A DNA stretch of 64,000 nt from the NCBI RefSeq assembly GCF_009914755.1, contig NC_060937.1; one strand, 5' to 3'. A program made the translations under genes and the position numbers. Of this stretch, positions 55,298-64,000 are shown in pieces. The stretch is from the human T2T-CHM13v2.0 reference genome, Homo sapiens. A model generated the notes under the pieces. That model had not been told where the DNA came from. It did not search any database and was given only the letters and a program-made list of their open reading frames with translations. How positions within the stretch are numbered: the first letter of the stretch is position 1; each line of letters starts with the position of its first letter.

Positions 55298-55994
55298 CTT
55301 CTGAAAATAGGTGACACTATTGATTAGTGATGTTTTCCATTTGCCGAAGGTTAAATAATGGCAGCTCATGTGCTATTTATTCACCATCATTAGTTAAAAA
55401 AACCTAGGAAATACCTCCTAGATTTAGAGTACAGCATCAGAATAGAACAGATTTGGATTGTAATACCTCATCATTTATTACTTGGATGAATCTAGGCAGA
55501 TTGCTTTACTTCTGAACCTGGGATTTCCCACCTGTAAAATGTGGAAAAATTAAAACTGACTCAAAAAGTCATTGAGGATAGTAAATGAAAAAGCATGTGT
55601 GGTGGTTAACACTGAGTGTCAACTTGATTGGATTGAAGGATGCAAAGTATTGATCATGGGTGTGTCTGTGAGGGTGTTACCAAAGGAGATTAACATTTGA
55701 GTCAGTGGGCTGTGAAAGGCAGACTCACCCTTAATCTAGGTGGGCACCATCTGATCAGCTGCCAGCATGGCTAGAATATAAAACAGGCAGAAAAATGTGA
55801 AAAGGCTAGACTGACCTAGCCTCCCAGCCTACATCTTTCTCCCGTGCTGGATGCTTCCTGACCTTAAACATTGGACTGAAAGTTCTTCAATTTTTAGACT
55901 TGGATTGGGTTTCCTTGCTCCTCAGCTTGCAGACAGCCTATTGTGGGACCTAGTGATGGTGTGAGTTAATACTTAAGAAACATCTATCTATGTG

Positions 55995-56122
55995 TAATAG
56001 GAGATATATATATATGTATAATAGGATATATATATGTATAATAGGATATATACATGTATAATAGGAGATATGTATGTATAATAGGATATATATATGTATA
56101 ATAGGAGATATATATATCTCCT
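55995..56122. repeat. 20-bp TA-rich minisatellite (ATAGGATATATATATGTATA), about 6 units
   Basis: Direct reading. Confidence 0.92.
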
Positions 56123-56305
56123 CCTTGTTTGCAGCAAGTTAGTATTCCCCCATGTAAGCATGTAACATTAATACAATTTGCAATTTTTAAATATTGACTT
56201 ACCAATAAAAAAGGAGTTAACTTAAAAATTATTATATCTTCACCTGGGTTCATATAGTGGTTTCCTCTCATCTTTTTTGTTTTTCTCTTAGTTTCCAAGA
56301 AAAGA
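56123..56305 (-). repeat. Inverted copy of 55117-55297 inserted in the MLT2A TA tract
   Basis: Direct alignment. Confidence 0.95.
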
Positions 56306-56943
56306 AACATATAAAAAAATATATATAATATATATCAAATATACATATATAAAAAATATATATATAAAATATATATATAATAGGAGATATATATATATCT
56401 CCTATATATCCTATAAAATATAAAATATATATTTTATAGGCTATATAATTACATAATGTAATTATGTAATTATACATAAATACATTATGTAATTATACAT
56501 AAATTACATAATGTAATTTATAATAGGAGATATATATATCATCTCCTATTATAAAAGAAACATATATATATCTCCTATTAGTTCTATCCTCTATAAAGCC
56601 CTGACTAATGCAGCGTGTATATTACTTAACCCAACAAATGACATTATAGTAAGTATTCAATAAATGATGCTTATCATTGCCTATCCATATTAGATTAGAA
56701 AACCTACTGAGAGAAATCTTATATACAATTTTTTGGAAAATGAGAGGGAAAATATTTAAATTATAAAGTACGTTTATGTTAAACTTCATAACACATTAAA
56801 TATTACAGTAATATTCATTTAAAATAAGAAAAGGCAGCTTTGTCATGGAGGACAGAGGTACAAATTCTGACAGCTTGAAGAACATGACAGTAACATAGTA
56901 CCTTAAGCATTTGTTTATTACTGTTTGTTTTGTTAAGTACTTC

Positions 56944-57316
56944 TGATATGGTTTGGCCCTGTGTCCCCACCCAAATCGCATTTGAATTGTACTCCCATGG
57001 ATTCCCACAAATTGTGGGAGGGACTCAGTGGGAGATAATTGAATCATGGGAATGGTTTCCCCCATACTGTCCTTATGATAGTGAGTAACTCTCCTGAGAT
57101 CTGATGGTTTTAAAAATGGGAGTTTCCCTCCACAAGCTCTCTCTCTCTTTGCCTGCTGCCATCCACTTAAGACATAACTTGCTCCTCCTTGCCTTGCTCC
57201 ATGATTGTGAAGCCTCTCCCGCCACATGGAACCCTAAGTCCATTAAACCTCTTTTGTTTGTAAATTGTCCAGTCTCTGGTGTAACTTCATCAGCAGCATG
57301 AAAATGGACCAATACA
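56944..57316 (+). mobile_element. THE1C-type MaLR solo LTR
   Basis: tgatatggtttggccctgtgtccccacccaaat ... cagcagcatgaaaatggaccaataca. Perfect TSD ACTTC. Confidence 0.93.
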
Positions 57317-59530
57317 ACTTCATTTACATTTTTATAATTGTGCTTTAATATGGAGTCTTGGCCAAGTGTAGTGCAAAGATTTCTTATACTTAATGTCTTT
57401 TTGTTTTTGCTTAAACTTTGTATAAATTTCATTATGTAAAGCTGATTTAAGTGTGATTTAACAATGAGTGTATAAAATACCTAAACAAATTAAGGCTATG
57501 TTGTCATCAGATTCACATTAGATTTACATCTTATAACACAATTTATGTTTTCACATCAGAGGCTTAATAAAATATTACAAAAAAAGATTTTATATTTTTA
57601 ATCAGGAGAGAAAAAACTCTTCTATAAAGGTATCTTATTCCAGTGACAGACAAATAATGCTTAGAAAGATTTATGACCTAGAAAAAGAACCATTTGTGGT
57701 ATAGTTCCTTTGACATGTATCAGTATACTATATATTTTATTTTAATATTTTTAGTATTATTTCTATAAAGAAATTAAGGCAATAATGCAGAAAGTGATAA
57801 CGAATGAACAATAAAATTGTATTAATTCTAGTCAATTCCCTGTCAATTAATACACTATAAAATAGTTTTCATTAAGTTGCATTTATTAAATAACCAGTGT
57901 GCTAAGATTTAGTTCAAGGTACATGCAAAGTAATAATCTTTGTCATTTTCTCAAAATATTAATTTCAACCTGACAATAAAATGTTATATCCTAATAAAGC
58001 TGTATTGGAGTGTGATCATAAGGATTGCTAAGTTTTAATCATAAAAAATTTTATTGTAAGTTAATTAAGCAGAAATGTTTTTCCATTGTACCTCTCAATG
58101 AGAAAATAGATTTAAAGCTAAAGGGACTTTTCTATATATGACATATATTTGTATACCTAATTAGGGGAGTTATGTTATAATAAAATGATTTGCTTCAATT
58201 GCTTCATTAAATTGATATGCATGATAATTCAATTAGAATGAAAATACGACAGTATAAAAATATTATAAGATTATCATTTTATAATCACCTAAGCTACAGA
58301 AATTTTTTCTTCATATTTTTAATTGTTTCAAAATGAAAATCACATTTGATTTGTTTGCACAAAGTGTAGATTTGTAACAAGTACTGTATCTATTTATCTG
58401 TAAGAAAATTTCCTCTTTTGGTGTGTCTTTGCAAGATTACTATATTTATTAAGGAAAGTTTAGTTTTTGATATGGCTTTTCCTGTCTTTTGTCTTTACAT
58501 GATAGAAAAGCAATACAAAAGTCCTATAAATTCATTTTGTTTATTTATTGTTAAAATTTTGGTGAAAATGTAGTTGTGCATTCCAAGACATTTTCATTTT
58601 CTTCCAAAATAAATTGAAAAAATAGTAAAATTGAAATCATTTAAAGTCCATTCTGAAAACATATCTTCCTTTTCCAAGTCACAAAGAATTTTTGCCAAGG
58701 AATTTTAAGTATGCTGTAATTCTTTTGTGCCATAATATTCTGAATTCTGCTATGCTGAACTCTATTAGTCATATGTTCTGCAAGTAAAAATGATTTTCTA
58801 TTTTACATGATAATATGTGAGAAACAGTCCTTAAATTATTTAATATATGTAATTAATACTTTCTAAATATGAACATTTTAAATGTTCTGTTATCACCAAG
58901 ATATTGTTTTAAAAGTATTTTCACATCATTAAACTTCCTCAATTTGATATCACAGTTGAATAGTGATGTGTAATTGGGTTAATTCAAAACTAATTCAATT
59001 TAAAAACAACTTCTTATAACAAAAGGGAGTTCCCCCTTGGTGATTCTACTACGGTAATTAATTTTTTTCTTCTGCGTGGGTTTTAGCGTATTTGGGCAAT
59101 CCAAAAATTCAGTGGCTCAAGCATTTTAACATATCTGAACATACTTCCTCCTGCACTGGGAATTGTTTTATCCTAAGGTCCAGATGTCTACATTTATACT
59201 AACTAGTATTTTAATATATTTGAGTTTCACATCTAAGAAATATCTTGTCTCTTGTTGTGAAGCATAGAACCTTGACTCTATTAGGAAAGTTTAAATCAGG
59301 TCCAAAGATGATTATTGTATATAAACACTACCTCGAATATTTATTATTAGAGATTAAAGGTATTTAATTTTAAATGAAATGCAAAAAAGTCCATTGTCAC
59401 AAGAAGTATACCTTTTAATTTTAAATAATTCATTTATATTACTTTTCTATTTTTACAAAAGCAAACAAAAATTATCTGTCTCTCTGTCTCTCTCTCTTTA
59501 ACTCTCTCTCTCATCTTACTATCCATCTAT

Positions 59531-59589
59531 TTTTGTTTTTTAAAACTTTTTATGTTTAATTTTGTGGATACCTAGTGTGTGTGTATGTA

Positions 59590-59642
<53 letters not shown>

Positions 59643-59692
59643 CTAGCTAGCTAGCTAGCTAGCTAGATAGATAGATATTTATGGGGTACATA
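59531..59692 (-). mobile_element. L1MA-type 3'-terminal stub with internal (TG)n(AGCT)n(AGAT)n expansion
   Basis: tttaattttgtggatacctagt[microsatellite]atatttatggggtacat matches the extreme 3' end of L1MA. Confidence 0.7.
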
Positions 59693-59742
59693 ACTTTCTA
59701 TCTTTGTAGTGTTTACAAAGGCAAGTAAAATTATCTCTCTGT

Positions 59743-60069
<327 letters not shown>

Positions 60070-60447
60070 CTATCTATCTATCTGTCTATCCCTCTATCTA
60101 CCTACCTATTTATCACCTTTCTGTCTACCCACCCATGTGTCACCTATCAGTACTTAATCTCGAATTCATTAAAACTTTATTTCGTGATTCATTAATGTTG
60201 CTTTAATGTTTATGTTTATCATTGTAGTCAATAGTTTGACTATATAGATTTTGTAAATTTTTTATGACTGGCAGTTTCTTTATGAATGACATTGGCCATC
60301 AAGTTCATTCTTAACACTTGGAAAATTAATGTGTAAAGATGCAATATACCAAGCCTGTGTTATGGATAACAGTGCATGTGTATGTGTAATATGAGACTGA
60401 TAACCCAGCTATTTCTACCCTGAATGGAATGGAATGTGGATGAACAG

Positions 60448-60722
<275 letters not shown>

Positions 60723-61519
60723 GATGAACAATTCTTATTGTTACATAAGTACCAGTAAGGCAGTGAAAATGACCCTGGGTTCTAATTTTTGTTTTTACCA
60801 TCTTTGCGGCCTTAAGGAAGTGTTTCACTCTCTTTTGGCCCTCAGCGCGGAGAGGCTATTGATCCTGATCTCTTACAACAACAAGAATCTCTACATTTCT
60901 CTACACACATACACACACACTCAGTGCTGATTTGTGCATATGGCCAGTCATTTATTTTACACTGTTATTTGGTTTTTCACTTGTCAGCTTCTTTGCTGAA
61001 ACTATCACGAATTTCCCACCTCCTGCTCTAAGCCTTGCATTTGCTAATATCAGGTCCTGCACATGGCTTTCATTCACTGGCCAGCTTGGCTTCTCGTTTT
61101 CTGTCAACAATGACGCTTCCTAACATCCACAGTTATTGAGTTGCCTGAGTATTTTCTTCAGAATGTGCCTATGCCATTCCAAAGAAAGAGACATGTTGAC
61201 AAATGTTCAGAGGTGTCAATCAGTAAAGTGATAATTGAAAATGCTGAAAGGTGGCAATTGGGATAAGATGCCAATGCCCCAGGCGAAAAGACCCGCCAGT
61301 CAATGTGATGTGGCCACTGAAATGTGGAAGCATGTGGAAGCGTGAGTCATTTCTCTAACAAAGAACGCAGCAACATAAAATGGAAGATAAGAAGGTCTGA
61401 AAGCAGGGAACTACAAGAGAGATTATATCACACATTAAACTCAAAACAAAAGGCTTGGCACAATTCTATGGGTTTCCTAAAAAGTCTTGTTTTTCTGAAA
61501 ATCATTTTACATTTTTAGC

Positions 61520-61612
61520 ATTCCCCAGATGACATAGCACAAAATGGTGGTTTCAAAATATTTGTTGATTTACCTAATGAATAATGAATAAAGAAATGAA
61601 TGAATAAATAAA
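61520..61612 (+). mobile_element. L2 3' end
   Basis: tagcacaaaatgg...aaatatttgttga...aatgaatgaataaataaat. Confidence 0.55.
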
Positions 61613-63296
61613 TATGTCACCTGGACAGAAGTCTAAGGAAGAATTACTCAAACAGCAAGTTTCAAGTGATCATATTTTAATATAAACAATAAATGCACAC
61701 AGTTAATTTGCAAGACAATTCGAATTAAAGAATGCAATTCACAAACTAGCAATCAGTCATGCAGCTTGCAAAACATATTGGTTACCAGTAAAGTATGATT
61801 GATAATATAATTCTTCAAGATACTGCATTTAAAATGAATTCTAACAAGATTCCAAATGAAGACTAAATGTACTGGTGAAAGAATCTAACTATTCACGAAA
61901 GAATATGAGTGAATTGCCCCCAAAATATACAACAATTATCAAAGGGAAAAAATGAGTAAGTCAAATTGAACAAGATTTGGAAAGAACAAAATTGGTAAAT
62001 TGGATTAAACTTGAAGAAAATATTTTTAGTGATCTACAGGTAATTACATAGTCCAGTAACTTAGCAAATAGGACATTTGAATTTAATATTAGAAATTCAT
62101 TGTAAATATTTATTTAGAATAATATATTATAAAATATATATTGCCCTGATCAAATGATTCCCGTGATATTTTTAGAAACGTCAAATAATTTTATGGACGT
62201 ATTTATATGCCAAATTATTCCTACCTGACTTGTTCTAATTTAGGGGTAGAGAAAATTAAAACAGATAAGCAGGACCACTTACAGAGGTATGAGCATCCAG
62301 ATATCTGGAAATGCTATTTGTTTTCTGCTTATCCACATTATTCAATATTCAAGTCGCTCATATTTTCAAAACTTCAGTAGAATGTGTTGCTTGCTGCATT
62401 GATGGCATTTAGCTTTAGGCACTGCTGTAATAATTTTCTGTATTATTTGTCTTTTAATGGGCACCACAAAATAATTCACACTAATTAGTGTCATTTTAAT
62501 TTATTGCACCATTTATCAAATCTACTATTTGTTTGACCCAAACGAGGTACTCATGAAACATAATTCTGACTAGGAGTATTACCATTTCCAGCTTAGTCTT
62601 ATAATTGTGTATATATACAGTCAACTTAAATAAAAAGTTTCAACATTCTACCAGTAGCAGTAGCTGCATTGGAAACAAACAAATAAAATAACAAATTGCA
62701 GCCCAGAATTCCTAGAGACACTACCATATTTTATGCTATTTTGAAGAGCCAAAATACTCAAGAAAATACAGCAGAGATATGAACTGTATGTAGCAAAGGA
62801 ATCTGAGAAGACCACATGCATAGTGCATGAGGGGCTTAGCATAATTCCCAGGCCACTATAGGACCAAGACTTGATAATAGGGATGTAAACTGGTACAATT
62901 AAATGTTCTCTTTTGCATATCATCTTATTTTTATGAAAATATATACTTCTTATATAAAAGAAATAATATTTTGTAATATTTGTGAATAATATTTACAAGT
63001 AGACATGGAAGAATAATCACACCAACTGCTGTTAGTAGGTTGTTGTTTTCCTTCCATATTAAACTCCACTTTGGTCTATGTATGTCATGAGCCTATTCAT
63101 TCTGCATGTAAAATCTGTAGTCCTTTAATGCACTTGTAGTTTAAGCATGACCTAATATAACATAATTTTGTTTAAAAATGAGATTTAAAGTTCTCTAATA
63201 CTTTAGTGAGCTTGTGACTTCCATTTACTTATGCATTACCCCACAATGAGCCTAAAGTTTATTGCCACAGTTTAACTACTAATATGTGCCATTTTC

Positions 63297-63298
<2 letters not shown>

Positions 63299-63342
<44 letters not shown>
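63299..63342. repeat. Pure (AT)22 microsatellite
   Basis: Direct reading. Confidence 0.97.
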
Positions 63343-63654
<312 letters not shown>

Positions 63655-63749
63655 TTTTTTTTTTTTTTTTTAATGGGACAACATCTCTATGGTGGACTTT
63701 ATTAGTTATTTCCTTCCATATTCTTTTTTAAGGGGGCTGTTTTGTTAAA

Positions 63750-64000
63750 TTTTTTTATTATTATACTTTCAGTTTTAGGGTACATGTGCACAACGTGCAT
63801 GTTAGTTACATATGTATACATGTGCCATGTTGGTGTGCTGCACCCATTAACTCATCATTTAGCATTAGGTATATCTCCTAATGCTATCCCTCCCCCCTCC
63901 CCCCTCCCCCCACCCCAAAACAGTCCCCGGTGTATGATGTTCCCCTTCCTGTGTCCATGTGTTCTCATTGTTCAATTCCCACCTATGAGTGAGAACACGT
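63750..64000 (-). mobile_element. L1PA3/4-type 3' end (continues beyond the window)
   Basis: ttttagggtacatgtgcacaacgtgcatgttagttacatatgtatacatgtgccatgttggtgtgctgcacccattaactc. Confidence 0.92.

Larger units (their letters stand above)
55598..56612 (+). mobile_element. MLT2A1-type (HERVL) solo LTR, expanded by about 570 bp inside its TA tract
   Basis: tgtggtggttaacactgagtgtcaacttgattggattgaaggatgc ... ctcctattagttctatcctctataaagccctgactaatgca. TSD GCATG/GCGTG. Confidence 0.9.
55430..56680 (+). mobile_element. MIR split by the MLT2A LTR (55430-55597 and 56613-56680)
   Basis: tctgaacctgggatttcccacctgtaaaatg...gaggatagtaaatga ... atagtaagtattcaataaatg. Confidence 0.65.

Noticed and set aside
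60820-60860. REST-like motif tcagcgcggagag
   Set aside because: Half-site spacing and core do not fit the RE1 consensus.

Overview
AT-rich, CpG-poor human genomic DNA. AluYb8/Yb11-type elements are essentially human-specific, which fixes the species. I find no protein-coding exon, RNA gene, CpG island or prokaryotic feature. Every interpretable ORF in the track derives from Alu, L1, an LTR, a hAT transposon or a microsatellite. The window is a mosaic of about 13 Alu/FLAM/FRAM copies, layered L1 fragments (notably 10.5-20.6 kb), six solo LTRs (five packed into 50.1-57.3 kb), DNA-transposon fossils, MIR/L2 and microsatellites. Repeat subfamily names come from remembered consensus sequences and need RepeatMasker/Dfam confirmation. 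I cannot support a claim of a new biological system. The structure that standard repeat annotation does not explain is: (1) a cluster of locally templated inverted, tandem and composite duplications at 48.9-56.6 kb, two of which start immediately after fold-back hairpins; (2) three AluYb-lineage elements, including an apparently unmutated AluYb11 and an old AluY body carrying a pristine Yb-type 3' end; (3) a tail-less L1 ORF2 fragment inserted into another L1.
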